64,000 bases of DNA from a candidate division WOR-3 bacterium (GTDB lineage Bacteria > Hydrothermota > Hydrothermia > B15-G9 > WFZT01): NCBI GenBank assembly GCA_027053075.1, contig JALUEE010000090.1, forward strand, positions 10,392 through 74,391, given 5' to 3'. Positions 10,205 to 20,537 of the stretch are shown here, in pieces; the stretch's first letter is position 1, and every line of letters starts with the position of its first letter. The position numbers were made by a program, and so were the translations under genes. The notes beneath the pieces are model-generated. The model was not told the origin of the DNA and ran no database searches. It saw only the letters and a list, made by a program, of their open reading frames with translations.

Positions 10205-10713
10205 TGTCCGTTAAAGGAAGGGTACTTGTTTTAAATGGAAACTACGAACCTTTAAATGTAAGCACGGTAAAGAGGGCCGTTACCCTTGTTTATCTGGGGA
10301 AGGCCGAGATAGTTCACAGGTATGATGGCGGGGTATTGCGAGCCGAAAGGCTCGCAATACCCCGCCCAAGTGTTATTAAACTCCGCTACTACATCAAAGT
10401 CAAAAGAAGAGAAATACCCCTCACCAAGAAAAATATTCTCAAAAGGGATAACTACACATGCCAGTACTGTGGCACGACTGAGGGGCCAATGACTGTTGAC
10501 CATGTTATACCCAAAAAATACGGCGGAAAAGATACCTGGGAGAATCTTGTTTGTGCCTGTTTTAAATGCAACAACAAGAAAGGGGATAGAACCCCTGAAC
10601 AGGCTGGGATGAAACTACTCAGAAAACCAAGGAAGCCACACTACTTCCTCTTTATCTTAAACGGTGAGAAAATCCCCGACGAAAAATGGAAACCCTATCT
10701 TTTCATGGTTTGA
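10204..10713 (+). CDS. HNH endonuclease (stand-alone, McrA-like)
   Basis: CQYCG...DHVIPKKYGG...NLVCACFKCNNKKGD is the HNH ββα-Me motif. Its start overlaps the TPR gene stop (TAATG). Confidence 0.8.
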   Translation: MSVKGRVLVLNGNYEPLNVSTVKRAVTLVYLGKAEIVHRYDGGVLRAERLAIPRPSVIKLRYYIKVKRREIPLTKKNILKRDNYTCQYCGTTEGPMTVDHVIPKKYGGKDTWENLVCACFKCNNKKGDRTPEQAGMKLLRKPRKPHYFLFILNGEKIPDEKWKPYLFMV

Positions 10714-10752
10714 GAATTTGCAAAGCCTTCCCCTCCATTATTTCGGAACGGG

Positions 10753-11628
10753 TTAGAGGGGTTCTACTGCTGGTTCCTCACCTTCAGCAAAATAGTTGAT
10801 GACTATGCCAGCAAGGATAAAGAGGGAGCCTACTACCTGAAGTGTTTTAACACCTTCACCAAGGATGAAGTAGGCAAGAATTGCAGAGCCAATGGGCTCA
10901 CCAAGAATCAAAACTGTTACGAAGGTCGCAGACGTATGCTTCAGGGCCCAGTTGAAAGACGTGTGACCAATAATCTGTGGAATAAGCGCAAGAAGCACAA
11001 AATATTTGAAAACGTCAACCGGATAACTTTTTATTGGTGTTCCGGTAAGGACGCAAAAAATATAGAGAAACACCGAGGCTGAAAGGTAAACGGGGAACAC
11101 ATACTCAATCAATCCCGCGTGTTTCCTCGTTCTCCTGCCAATCAAAAAATAGATGGAAATCATTATAGAGCCAAGAATAGAAAGGACATCCCCCTTCAAA
11201 TTGGCAAGTCCTACAAGCCTGTCGGAATAGCCCACAATCAGTCCACCTAAAAGTGAAACAAAAATACCAGTCCAGGCAAGCAAAGACGGTTTCTCTTTTA
11301 GGAAAATCCAGGATAGAATACCCACGAAAACCGGGTTCATGGTTACAAGAACTACCGAACTCAGGACGGATGTGTATTTTAGAGAGCTTATCCAGAATGC
11401 AAAGTGTAATGCCATAAAGAGCCCCGCAAGCACCTCGTAGCGAAAATCTTCTCCAAGCCTTCCACCCTTCAGGGCATAGACCGGGGAAATGAAGAGGGTT
11501 GCAAGAAAAAGTCTGTAAAATGCGATAACAAGGGCTGGAACCTGTGGAACCAGTTTGATAAAAATACTTGCAAACGAAACAGATATAACCCCTATTAAAA
11601 CTACGGTAAAAACTTTGAATCTGGACAT
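10753..11628 (-). CDS. EamA/DMT-family transporter
   Basis: 10 TM helices in two EamA-like halves. Confidence 0.7.
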   Translation of the reverse strand: MSRFKVFTVVLIGVISVSFASIFIKLVPQVPALVIAFYRLFLATLFISPVYALKGGRLGEDFRYEVLAGLFMALHFAFWISSLKYTSVLSSVVLVTMNPVFVGILSWIFLKEKPSLLAWTGIFVSLLGGLIVGYSDRLVGLANLKGDVLSILGSIMISIYFLIGRRTRKHAGLIEYVFPVYLSASVFLYIFCVLTGTPIKSYPVDVFKYFVLLALIPQIIGHTSFNWALKHTSATFVTVLILGEPIGSAILAYFILGEGVKTLQVVGSLFILAGIVINYFAEGEEPAVEPL

Positions 11629-11636
11629 TCAGGAGT

Positions 11637-12032
11637 TTAAATGTCTATGTGCTTTTTCTCATTCCGCTTCAGGTCAAGTGATGAGGTGAGGAAAAATATC
11701 TCCAGGGTATTCCAGACCTCTGCCTCCAGGAGATGACCGCCTTTAACTTCTCCACTTTTCAGGCCAACTACGGCGTGGATATGATATGGAGGCTCCGCAT
11801 TCTTCATAAGAGAGCCACTCAGTGCGAGTACCTCAACCGGCTCTGGAATAAGATGTTCGATGTATTTCCCCTTCTCGAAGTATCCAAGCTTTACGCCGCG
11901 AAACATACCGAGACCAGATAGAATGATCTTCAATGGCTCACCTGTTTCGATCAAATCTTTTAAGCCAGCGATAAAATTCTCTCCGTCATCAAACCTTGCA
12001 ACCAATACTCCATCTTTTTCCACAAACTTCAT
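11637..12032 (-). CDS. PPC/DUF296 domain protein
   Basis: The FRGVKLGYFEKGKYIEH...YHIHAVVG pattern matches PPC (DUF296). Confidence 0.65.
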   Translation of the reverse strand: MKFVEKDGVLVARFDDGENFIAGLKDLIETGEPLKIILSGLGMFRGVKLGYFEKGKYIEHLIPEPVEVLALSGSLMKNAEPPYHIHAVVGLKSGEVKGGHLLEAEVWNTLEIFFLTSSLDLKRNEKKHIDI

Positions 12033-12943
12033 TGCATTTCCTCCTCTTTAACACTTTCAAGTGCAGCCTTTACCATTGCCCTTAAATTTATAAGGTAAGC
12101 CTCAATAGGCTGATACACCTGCTCCTTTTCGTAGTCCTCCATCGTTATGATTTTTACCACTTTTTCTGTGTCACCAAATCTTCTGTAAAGGCTAATTATT
12201 CGGTTGCGATAATCCATGGTTGTTCTAAGGTGCTTTTCAATATGCTCTCTCACCTGGTCTTTCCCCTTTACCACACCTGAGTGGGGGAGACACAGTAGCT
12301 CTATATCAAGTTTTTTTAGAAGTTCAATGGATTTCGCATATTCGTCGTAGTTCGAAAGAAACTCAGCCATGATGCTACCTGAGCCCGTGTAAACTCCAAG
12401 TCCATCGCTGCCAAATACCGCTTTATCGGGTGTCAGGTAGTAGGTCACTGAGTCTTTAGTGTGCCCCGGTGTATAAAAAACTTTCATTTCCACTCCATCG
12501 CCAAGATCAAAAACTTCACCATCTTCAGCTACATGGTCAACTTCAATTGTGTCAATCTCGGCTGCTTTCTTCCAGTCTTCATCAATGTTCGGATCAAATC
12601 TAAGGGATTGTCTGTTAAGCTCCCGGATGATTTCCATGGCCCGGGGATTTGAGAAAACCTTTGCTGCATAGGGGTGGGCAACCACCTTTATTCGTGGATT
12701 GATCCTTTTTATGTAGGAAACAAGCCCCACATGGTCATAGTGAGAATGGGTAAGAAAAAGGTAATCCAGTTTGTCAAATCCACCAATGGTCTTTTCCACA
12801 TCGTGGGTTAGCCCCTTAACGTTCACTGTCATCCCTGCATCCACAAGTGCCTTTGATGGGGCATCAATAATGTAGAACGACATCATGGCGTCCCCGACAA
12901 AATGGACATGTTCGGATACTCTTGAGGGCTCCAATATCCTCAT
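12029..12943 (-). CDS. MBL-fold metallo-hydrolase
   Basis: LTHSHYDHVG metal-binding motif. Confidence 0.8.
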   Translation of the reverse strand: MRILEPSRVSEHVHFVGDAMMSFYIIDAPSKALVDAGMTVNVKGLTHDVEKTIGGFDKLDYLFLTHSHYDHVGLVSYIKRINPRIKVVAHPYAAKVFSNPRAMEIIRELNRQSLRFDPNIDEDWKKAAEIDTIEVDHVAEDGEVFDLGDGVEMKVFYTPGHTKDSVTYYLTPDKAVFGSDGLGVYTGSGSIMAEFLSNYDEYAKSIELLKKLDIELLCLPHSGVVKGKDQVREHIEKHLRTTMDYRNRIISLYRRFGDTEKVVKIITMEDYEKEQVYQPIEAYLINLRAMVKAALESVKEEEMQ

Positions 12944-13446
12944 TTCTGTTTAGTGGTTGAGAGTTTTGTTATGGTCTCATAAATCTTCGCAAGGTCTCTT
13001 TTCTCTTCTTCGATGACCTTTTCAATCATCAGGCGGGCTTCCATGTCATGGATATAGTTGGCAAGTTCCTGATAGAGAAGAATTGCATTTTTCTTATGCT
13101 CCTTCGCAAGCTTCAGAGCGTCAAGCGGGTCTTTTATCCCCTTTAAAACTTCGTCCTTGTTTTTTCTGTTTACAAAGATGTTTTCGTCGATGATGAACTT
13201 GAAAAATTCTTCCATGCCCGGAGGTCCACATAGCTCATCCTCAATGGCTTTATCCTCACAGACCCGTGCCTTGAGACTCGAGAAAATATCGCGATGTTCC
13301 TTCTCCCTCTCGAGAATTTCCTTGAAAAGACCCTTGAGCTCCGGGTCTTTTACTGTTTCCACCACGTAGTTGTAGCAGAAAATGGTTTCATCAAAAATGG
13401 AGAGGATAAGGTCAATAACGTCCAGGACTTTAATCTTTTCCTTCAT
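12940..13446 (-). CDS. hypothetical ferritin-like / rubrerythrin-like helical protein
   Basis: All-helical, with an EKEH (ExxH) motif. Weak call. Confidence 0.4.
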   Translation of the reverse strand: MKEKIKVLDVIDLILSIFDETIFCYNYVVETVKDPELKGLFKEILEREKEHRDIFSSLKARVCEDKAIEDELCGPPGMEEFFKFIIDENIFVNRKNKDEVLKGIKDPLDALKLAKEHKKNAILLYQELANYIHDMEARLMIEKVIEEEKRDLAKIYETITKLSTTKQK

Positions 13447-14236
13447 TATTCCCTCCTTTTAAAACACGTGCTTTTATCTCTTTTAACCTTTGCTGAGTGG
13501 CATCAAGAATCTCAAACTCAATGTTACCTATGGTGAACTTTTCACCAACTTTTGGCACACGGTCGAGCTTCTCCAGGATGTAGCCACTCAATGTATTGAC
13601 CTCCTCGGATTCGAGGTCTACGCCAAGCACCTTCGATGCCTCGTCGAGGTCAATCCTCGCCTTGAAGATAACGCTACCGTCATCCAGTTTTCTGTATAAA
13701 ATTTCTTCCCTGTCAAATTCCTCCCAGATTTCACCCACGATTTCCTCGATCAAGTCTTCGAGTGTCACAAGCCCTGTAACACTTCCAAATTCGTCCACAA
13801 CCATGGCAATAGAAATATGCTTTGCCTGGAAGAATCTCAAGCTATCCAGTACTTTTTTATTCTCTGGAATGAAGACGGGCCTCATCATCAGGTCGCTAAC
13901 GGTAAATTTATCAATCTTATCCAGATGCTTGAGTACCTCCTTCATATACAGGATGCCGACCACATTATCAGAGCGTTCCCTTATCACTGGCATCTTTGAG
14001 AAACCGTTCTTCTTGTAAACTTCGATGGCCTCTCTTAGTGGCATGGATGCTTTGACAGTAACCATGTCAACTCTGGGTTTCATCACCTCTTCAACCTGCT
14101 TGTCCGAAATATCCATGAGCCTTTCCACTATCATCTTCAGGTGTTGGGGGATAATTTCTTTTTCAGCTGCCTTCTCAAATATTTCCTTTAGTTCTTCAAT
14201 GTTGTTTACGTTGCAAAATAGGTTAATCCATCGCAT
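13430..14236 (-). CDS. CBS-pair plus CorC/HlyC transporter-associated domain protein
   Basis: Two CBS motifs followed by a CorC_HlyC C-terminal domain; no DUF21 membrane part. Confidence 0.8.
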   Translation of the reverse strand: MRWINLFCNVNNIEELKEIFEKAAEKEIIPQHLKMIVERLMDISDKQVEEVMKPRVDMVTVKASMPLREAIEVYKKNGFSKMPVIRERSDNVVGILYMKEVLKHLDKIDKFTVSDLMMRPVFIPENKKVLDSLRFFQAKHISIAMVVDEFGSVTGLVTLEDLIEEIVGEIWEEFDREEILYRKLDDGSVIFKARIDLDEASKVLGVDLESEEVNTLSGYILEKLDRVPKVGEKFTIGNIEFEILDATQQRLKEIKARVLKGGNNEGKD

Positions 14237-14891
14237 TTTCTATTATCTCGCTCCCCTCAGGCGGAACTACGAGTCCGCCCGAAACAACCATTTTTATAGC
14301 ATCTTCAATACTGATGTTAAGGTACTTCACCTTCGATTCTTCCACTATTATATACCAACCCGAAGTCGGATTTGGAGTTGTGGGAATAAAAACATTTAGC
14401 AAATTTCCCCTACCGGTACGCCATTTCTCGCTATTGGTTATAAATCCTATGGCGAAACTCCCTTCATAAGGAAACTCAACAAGTACCGCATGGGCAAAGG
14501 AGCGGTTTTGCGTTGAAAACGCATTTATCAATTGCTTTGTGCCAACATAAATACTTCTCACAAAAGGGATTTTCTCAATTATTGACTCACCGTACCCAAG
14601 AATCTCGCGGCCAATAAAGCTCGAAGAGAAAATCCCCACTATGTAGATGATGAAAACAAGAAGCACAAGGGCAACAAGGGTCAGGAAAAACTGGGGAATC
14701 CAGCTCAGCAGAGGAAAGTGTGAGAGAATGGAGGCGAGTTTGCCTCCTATAGCTGCAACTATCACCCAGATGACATAAAGTGTGATTAGAACGGGTGCTA
14801 ATGTTATAAGGCCGGTTACGAAGTTCCTTCGAAAGGGTGGAGGCTCAACCTCTCGTGCCTTTTTTATGAGTTCTTCAAATTTTGCCTTCAT
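14223..14891 (-). CDS. DUF502 membrane protein
   Basis: 2 TM helices plus the conserved IPFVRSIY...VGF core. Confidence 0.65.
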   Translation of the reverse strand: MKAKFEELIKKAREVEPPPFRRNFVTGLITLAPVLITLYVIWVIVAAIGGKLASILSHFPLLSWIPQFFLTLVALVLLVFIIYIVGIFSSSFIGREILGYGESIIEKIPFVRSIYVGTKQLINAFSTQNRSFAHAVLVEFPYEGSFAIGFITNSEKWRTGRGNLLNVFIPTTPNPTSGWYIIVEESKVKYLNISIEDAIKMVVSGGLVVPPEGSEIIENAMD

Positions 14892-16272
14892 CTTTTATCC
14901 CCATCCTCTTTTTAATTTCTCCTGCAGCAACAAGCCCGGAAATTGCCGAGTGCAGAAGACCTCTTGTAATCCCTGCACCGTCACCAATAGTGAAAAGTCC
15001 CTGTACAGAAGTTTCAAGGGACTTACTGACCTCAATCCTATTGGAGTAGAACTTAACTTCAACCCCATACAGCAAAGTATAGGGTGAAGCCACACCAGGT
15101 GCAATTTTATCGAGAGCCTCGAGCATTTCGATCAGGTTCACAAGGTACCTGTATGGAAGAATAAAAGATATGTCACCGGGGACAGCACTTTCAAGTGTTG
15201 GTTTTACTGGGTTTTTGGAAATTCTCCTCTCTGTAGACCTACGCCCTCTCATGAGATCACCTAACCTCTGAAGAAGCACACCGCCGGAGATCAGGTTTGC
15301 AAGTCTTACTATGGATTTCCCAAATGTTATTGGATCATTAAAGGGCTCAGTGAAACTTGTTGAAACCAGCAGGGCAAAGTTGGTATTTTCTGAAATAGGC
15401 TCCGTATTGGAAAATCCGTTGACCGTGATGACATCTTCTGCGAATTCCTGAACCACCACACCATTGGGATTAACGCAGAAAGTTCTAATTCTATCGTCAA
15501 ACTTCTGAGAGTAGTAAATTAGCTTGGGCTCGTATACCACTTTTGTCAGGTGGTCCATAATGGATGCAGGAAGCTCCACTCTTACACCGATATCCACTGG
15601 ATTGGGGTGCGTTTTTAAACCTAATTTTTTTGCCTGCTTGGCCATCCAGGTCGCCCCTGCTCGCCCCGGCGCCACAATGACAAAGTCTGCATGATACTCA
15701 TTTCTCTTACTTCTTACTCCATAAACCTTGCCATCTTTAGCAAGAATTTCCTCGACCTTTTCGTTGAAATGAATATCAATCCCGAGCCTATCCACATAAT
15801 TTCTCATGCTCTCGAGAACCTTAAAGCCACCGTCTGTGCCAAGATGCCTGATAGGGGTTGGAACGAAAACGAGTCCATGCTTCTGGGCCTCATACTTAAT
15901 TTTCCTTATGGCGTCGTCGTCAGTTCCAAATAGCCTGTCTGGAGCACCAAATTCAAGCAGTCTGCTGTCCACATATTTCATTAATCTCAGGAAACTGTGG
16001 TTTTCGATGTATTTTTCGAGGTTGCCGCCCACCTGTGGTGAAAGCGTAATTTTCCCATCTGAAAATGCGCCCGCACCGCCAAATCCTGAAATCAGAGGAC
16101 ACACGGGGCATCTGAGGCATATTTTCTTATAGTCTATGGCGGGACAACGGCGTTTTTTTAAATCAGGCCCTTTTTCGATGATTATAACATTAAGTCCAGC
16201 CTCTGCGAGTTCAATGGCAGAAAACAAACCTGCAGGACCCGCACCAACGATTATAACGTCGTACTTTTCCAT
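14875..16272 (-). CDS. FAD-dependent oxidoreductase (COG2509-like)
   Basis: YDVIIVGAGPAGLFSA dinucleotide-binding motif plus a Cys cluster CPAIDYKKICLRCPVCP. Confidence 0.75.
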   Translation of the reverse strand: MEKYDVIIVGAGPAGLFSAIELAEAGLNVIIIEKGPDLKKRRCPAIDYKKICLRCPVCPLISGFGGAGAFSDGKITLSPQVGGNLEKYIENHSFLRLMKYVDSRLLEFGAPDRLFGTDDDAIRKIKYEAQKHGLVFVPTPIRHLGTDGGFKVLESMRNYVDRLGIDIHFNEKVEEILAKDGKVYGVRSKRNEYHADFVIVAPGRAGATWMAKQAKKLGLKTHPNPVDIGVRVELPASIMDHLTKVVYEPKLIYYSQKFDDRIRTFCVNPNGVVVQEFAEDVITVNGFSNTEPISENTNFALLVSTSFTEPFNDPITFGKSIVRLANLISGGVLLQRLGDLMRGRRSTERRISKNPVKPTLESAVPGDISFILPYRYLVNLIEMLEALDKIAPGVASPYTLLYGVEVKFYSNRIEVSKSLETSVQGLFTIGDGAGITRGLLHSAISGLVAAGEIKKRMGIKDEGKI

Positions 16273-17691
16273 TTATTCAACAATGGAAACTTTCATCAGG
16301 TTTGTGCGTCCCTTCACCCAGAGTGGGTAGCCAGCTACTGTCACGTAGAGGTCGCCTTTTTCAAGAACTTTCCGTTCGAGCCCGATGTCTTCTGCAAGCT
16401 CAAAGATGCTCTCTACCTGCTCAACCTTGCGGTTTATCACATGGTAATCAACGCCAAAGAGAATGAGCATCTTGCGCGCTACATCCATAGATGGAGTGAT
16501 GGCCAAAACTGGCATTCGTGGACGCAGTTTGGAGATAAATTTCGCCGTAAATCCACTCTTTGTGAAAACAATAATGGCCTTTGCGCCAAGCTCCACTGCA
16601 CTTTCCACAGCAGCACGCGCCACGGACCTTGCAATAGGCGAGCGTTTGAATGATATACTCTCGAATGGAGGCAAAGCCTCTTCCACAGTGGAGGCAACAT
16701 TTTCAAGTGTTTCAATGACTTTGACTGGATATTTGCCGATACTCGTTTCTTCGGTCACAAGAAGGGCATCCGAGCCATCAAAAATGGCATTGGCAATGTC
16801 TGAAACCTCTGCTCTTGTGGGAGTCTCGTGGGTAACCATGGACTCGAGAATCTGTGTGGCCGTTATAACGGGTTTTGAATACTCTTTGGCGAGTTTGATT
16901 ATCCTCTTCTGCGCGAGGGGGACAAGGGGCAGGGAAATTTCCACACCCAGATCACCACGGGCCACAATTACGCCATCAGAGACCTGCATTATTTCCGGCA
17001 GGTTGTCGAGCGCTGCCTTGCACTCGATTTTAGAAATTATCCAGGGATGTTCTTTTTTGTTGCCGAGTTTGCTTTGAATCAATTCCTTTACATATTTAAC
17101 ATCACCAGCGGTTCTCACAAATGAAAGTGCCACAAAATCCACACCAAGTTCAAGCGAGATATCAAGGTCAGCCCTGTCCTTATCAGTCAAAATGGGCAGA
17201 TTTTTCAATGCCCCGGGTACATTGACCCCTTTACCGACCTTTATTTCACCGCCGACAAGACATATTGCCTCAAGGTATCTTCTTGATTTTTTGACCACCT
17301 GAAAACGAACTTTACCATCGTTCACAAGTATCATATCGCCTTCATTTACGTCATCTACGAAGTCTCGAAAGTCCACAACGATAACATTTTCTTCCTCGAC
17401 ATCTTCAAATCCCGTGAACCGCACGACATCTCCCTTTTTGACATTCATTGGGGATGCAGCAAGTTTCTTAATCCTCACTTTGGGACCGTGGAGATCGGCC
17501 ATGATACCGATGGGGCGATTAAGCTCCTTCTCAAGCTCTCTTAGGAGCCCGTGATACTCCCGGAAAGTTTCGTGGTTTGTGAAGGAGAAGTTGAATCTGA
17601 AAACATCTGTTCCCGCGAGGACCATGTTTTTAATGGTCTCCCGGTCAAAGGTGCTTGGCCCAAGGGTTGCAAGAATCTTAGTCTTTGACAT
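16273..17691 (-). CDS. pyk: pyruvate kinase
   Basis: KTKILATLGPS and MVARGDLGVE motifs; 472 aa. Confidence 0.9.
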   Translation of the reverse strand: MSKTKILATLGPSTFDRETIKNMVLAGTDVFRFNFSFTNHETFREYHGLLRELEKELNRPIGIMADLHGPKVRIKKLAASPMNVKKGDVVRFTGFEDVEEENVIVVDFRDFVDDVNEGDMILVNDGKVRFQVVKKSRRYLEAICLVGGEIKVGKGVNVPGALKNLPILTDKDRADLDISLELGVDFVALSFVRTAGDVKYVKELIQSKLGNKKEHPWIISKIECKAALDNLPEIMQVSDGVIVARGDLGVEISLPLVPLAQKRIIKLAKEYSKPVITATQILESMVTHETPTRAEVSDIANAIFDGSDALLVTEETSIGKYPVKVIETLENVASTVEEALPPFESISFKRSPIARSVARAAVESAVELGAKAIIVFTKSGFTAKFISKLRPRMPVLAITPSMDVARKMLILFGVDYHVINRKVEQVESIFELAEDIGLERKVLEKGDLYVTVAGYPLWVKGRTNLMKVSIVE

Positions 17692-18421
17692 TTTTCAATT
17701 CCTCCAGAATCTCAGGCAATATTTCTCCTGCCTTGCCCATAAAAGAAAAGTCGGCAATTGCCGTAACAGGTGTTTTTTCAATGTTAACTTCGATTATAAG
17801 AGCTCCCATTTCTTTTGCCTCGAATGGGAGCTGTGCTGCAGGATAGACGACTGCCGACGTGCCTATTACAAAGAAAAATTCGGAATTTCTCGCGATTTCA
17901 AAACTCTTTCTGAGTGCATCGGGTGGTAGCATTTCACCAAACCATACCACGTCAGGCCTGAGAAGTGCACCGCACTCAGGACACCTGGGAAGCTCACCTT
18001 CCCGTATCTCAAAATCAGTGTAAATTTTGCCGCAGCCGGTACATCTGGCACGGAGGAGATTCCCGTGGAGCTCTATAACGTTCTTCGAGCCCGCCTTTTG
18101 ATGGAGATTGTCAACATTCTGAGTGATGGTGTGGAATTCCTCAAAAATGGATTCAAATTCCTTTAAGGTGTAGTGAGCGGGATTTGGTTCAGTGCTTTTG
18201 ACGAGTTTGATACGCCAATTGTACCATTCCCATACCAGTTTGGGGTTTCTCATGAAGGCCTCGGGAGTTGCCAGGTCCTCCGGCCGGTATTTATTCCACA
18301 AACCATCTTTCCCGCGGAAAGTTGGGACGCCGCTCTCACTGGAGACTCCGGCTCCAGTGAGAGCGGCGCCTCTTTTCATTTTACTCAAAATCCTGGCAAG
18401 CTCCCTGATTTTTGGGTTCAT
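17678..18421 (-). CDS. cobB: NAD-dependent protein deacylase (Sir2 family)
   Basis: GAGVSSESGVPTFRG, plus a CxxC...CxxC zinc ribbon. Confidence 0.85.
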   Translation of the reverse strand: MNPKIRELARILSKMKRGAALTGAGVSSESGVPTFRGKDGLWNKYRPEDLATPEAFMRNPKLVWEWYNWRIKLVKSTEPNPAHYTLKEFESIFEEFHTITQNVDNLHQKAGSKNVIELHGNLLRARCTGCGKIYTDFEIREGELPRCPECGALLRPDVVWFGEMLPPDALRKSFEIARNSEFFFVIGTSAVVYPAAQLPFEAKEMGALIIEVNIEKTPVTAIADFSFMGKAGEILPEILEELKNVKD

Positions 18422-18918
18422 TCCCTGCTCCAGTAGACCCTCAAAAGTTTTTGGCTATCAGAAAATGAAAATTCAAGCTCGCCCTGATGGGCCTTATGAA
18501 CCGCCTTGCCAAGCTTTTTGGCAAGGGTTTCAGTAGTGGTCTCGATAACGAGACCATCATCGGTTTCCTTGATACTCATAATTCTTGCAAGGGGATTGCG
18601 TTTCATTTCATATTCGGCCTCATTTTTAATGAGATTCAAAATCTCTTGCTTGTTCTCTTTAACGTAATCACCAACAAGCTCCACAATCCCCAGAGGGTAA
18701 TGATCCTCGATTTTTCTGCATGCCGGGCATTTCTTAAAGTTGACTTTACTTTTGTCTTTCATGAGCTCTTTGTAATAATCCTCATCCCAGAACCACCTTT
18801 TATTGTGGTAAATAAGTTTGCAGGAAGGACAGATTGTCGGGTCTTTGTACTGGGACTTGTCCATGTATGGATCGTGCAACTTCATGTCGTAGAGTTTATC
18901 AATTCTTTTCATCGTCAT
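18418..18918 (-). CDS. hypothetical zinc-ribbon protein (CPSC...CPAC)
   Basis: Two CxxC pairs 27 residues apart. Its stop overlaps the cobB start by ATGA. Confidence 0.5.
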   Translation of the reverse strand: MTMKRIDKLYDMKLHDPYMDKSQYKDPTICPSCKLIYHNKRWFWDEDYYKELMKDKSKVNFKKCPACRKIEDHYPLGIVELVGDYVKENKQEILNLIKNEAEYEMKRNPLARIMSIKETDDGLVIETTTETLAKKLGKAVHKAHQGELEFSFSDSQKLLRVYWSRE

Positions 18919-19159
18919 TCCTCCATTTTTCTATTCTCGTTTTTAGTTTAATAACCACTCATACCACTGTCAAGGATAGGGGGGGCGTTTCTATTCTGCA
19001 CAAGCGGTGTTTATTGTGGGTATTTCTTCATCCTTCGCTTACCTGGTGAGGGCACAGGATTGGTTATTACTCCTGGAAATCAAAGATATGGTAATCATTT
19101 AAACGGGGATTAACGGGTTCTTCACTCGAAAAGATTCCATTATGTAACCCTTTCTCGCT

Positions 19160-19425
19160 CCTTTCCCGTAAGAATTTACACGGGGAGAGGAAGTCTTATC
19201 TAATACCAAATCAAATTGTTGGGCCTACAACTTTTGCTATAGACTGAGTGAATTGCCACATATCAATTCCTGCAAGCACAACCTATGTGCATGGAGCACC
19301 GAAGGCACTTTCTTCATAAGTGAACCCTCTACCCGAAATTGGTAAGAATACTTATCTCCCCCGCGCTTTGCGCGGGGGAAGGCGACGGGTGGGGACATTC
19401 CGCTTAAAAACTATGTAAACAATGT
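19160..19425. repeat. intergenic mosaic repeat copy A
   Basis: GAATTTACACGGGGAGAGGAAGT block (19171-19194), CCCCCGCGC-TTTG-CGCGGGGG palindrome (19356-19378) and ACATTCCGCTTAAAAACTATGTAAAC block (19393-19420). Confidence 0.65.
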
Positions 19426-19450
19426 TCCCCGGTCTCAAGCTCCAATAAAT

Positions 19451-20458
19451 TTATTTAAGCTTCTCTATTGCCCACTCGATGTGAGGACTCCAGAGATCAT
19501 TGCCCTTCTCCCAGAGCTTCTTGAGTTTCTCGATATATTCGGGGTTTCCAGAATTGCCGGCAGCAATTATTACGTTTCTCATAAATCCCTCATACTTCGA
19601 ACGCCTGACCGGTGTCCCCTGAAATCTTTCTTCAAATTCTTCCTCACTAAGAGATAAAAGTTCTCCAATTAGCGGAGCAAAAGTTCCCTCTCTTGGTTTG
19701 AAATCCTCAATTCTCGTGGCTGGAATTTTCTGGTTATAAGGGCATACCTCCTGGCAGATGTCGCATCCGAAGACCCAGTTCCCCATTTTCTCGCGCAATT
19801 CCTCCGGGATGACCCCCTTGTACTCAACGGTTAAGTATCCTATGCAGAGATTTGCGTTAATGAGGCGGGGCTCCACGATGGCACCTGTAGGGCAGGCATC
19901 AATGCATCGTGTACAGTTGTAGCAGAGATCAGGCTGAATCTGCTCTTCGTCAGTTTCCAGTTTTTCCTTAAGAATGACCTCTGAGAGGAATAGGTACGAG
20001 CCAAAATTCTTATTTATGAGCATGGCATTTTTGCCGATCCAGCCAAAACCGGCCCTGTAGGCGAGTTCCCTTTCAAGTATGGGACCTGTATCAACGTAAA
20101 TTTTTCCGTGAAGGTCAAGCTCTCGCAAAACGCGTTTAAGCTTCTTTTTCAGCACCTTGTGATAATCTCTACCCCATGCATATTTTGAAATCAGGGCACG
20201 CTCTGGGTTATTCATAAATTTCTTTAGCGAGAATGTGAAATAGCTCGCTGCAAGAACAATTATGGTGCCGTGCCCATCAAATATTTTTTCAATATTTTGA
20301 ATGGCATCGAGGTGCCGTGCCATGTATTCCATTTCACCGTGAAAGTTGGACTCGAGCCACTTCTTGAAAAATTCTGCCGTCATATAATCTCTGGGTCTTA
20401 AAAATGAGATTAGGTCAAAACCCTCTTTCCTGGCGAGCTCTTTAAATTTTTCCTCCAT
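19451..20458 (-). CDS. queG: tRNA epoxyqueuosine(34) reductase
   Basis: CYNCTRCIDACPTGAI and CIGY...CDICQEVCPYN ferredoxin motifs, plus a HEAT-like C-terminus. Confidence 0.85.
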   Translation of the reverse strand: MEEKFKELARKEGFDLISFLRPRDYMTAEFFKKWLESNFHGEMEYMARHLDAIQNIEKIFDGHGTIIVLAASYFTFSLKKFMNNPERALISKYAWGRDYHKVLKKKLKRVLRELDLHGKIYVDTGPILERELAYRAGFGWIGKNAMLINKNFGSYLFLSEVILKEKLETDEEQIQPDLCYNCTRCIDACPTGAIVEPRLINANLCIGYLTVEYKGVIPEELREKMGNWVFGCDICQEVCPYNQKIPATRIEDFKPREGTFAPLIGELLSLSEEEFEERFQGTPVRRSKYEGFMRNVIIAAGNSGNPEYIEKLKKLWEKGNDLWSPHIEWAIEKLK

Positions 20459-20537
20459 CGGTTAAATGATAAACCAATCCATCCGAACACATTCTGGTTG
20501 AACATTGACAGATTCTTAAAAGATACAAGAAAATTGA

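Noticed and set aside
16463-17077. 204-aa plus-strand ORF inside pyk
   Set aside because: Fully embedded antisense in the well-supported pyruvate kinase gene; Ala/Ser-rich mirror-frame artefact. The same reasoning applies to 27282-27923 (antisense to fba), 35418-35954 (antisense to guaB), 9581-10138 (antisense to the TPR gene), 44026-44559 (antisense to cysS) and 13596-14018 (antisense to the CBS/CorC gene).
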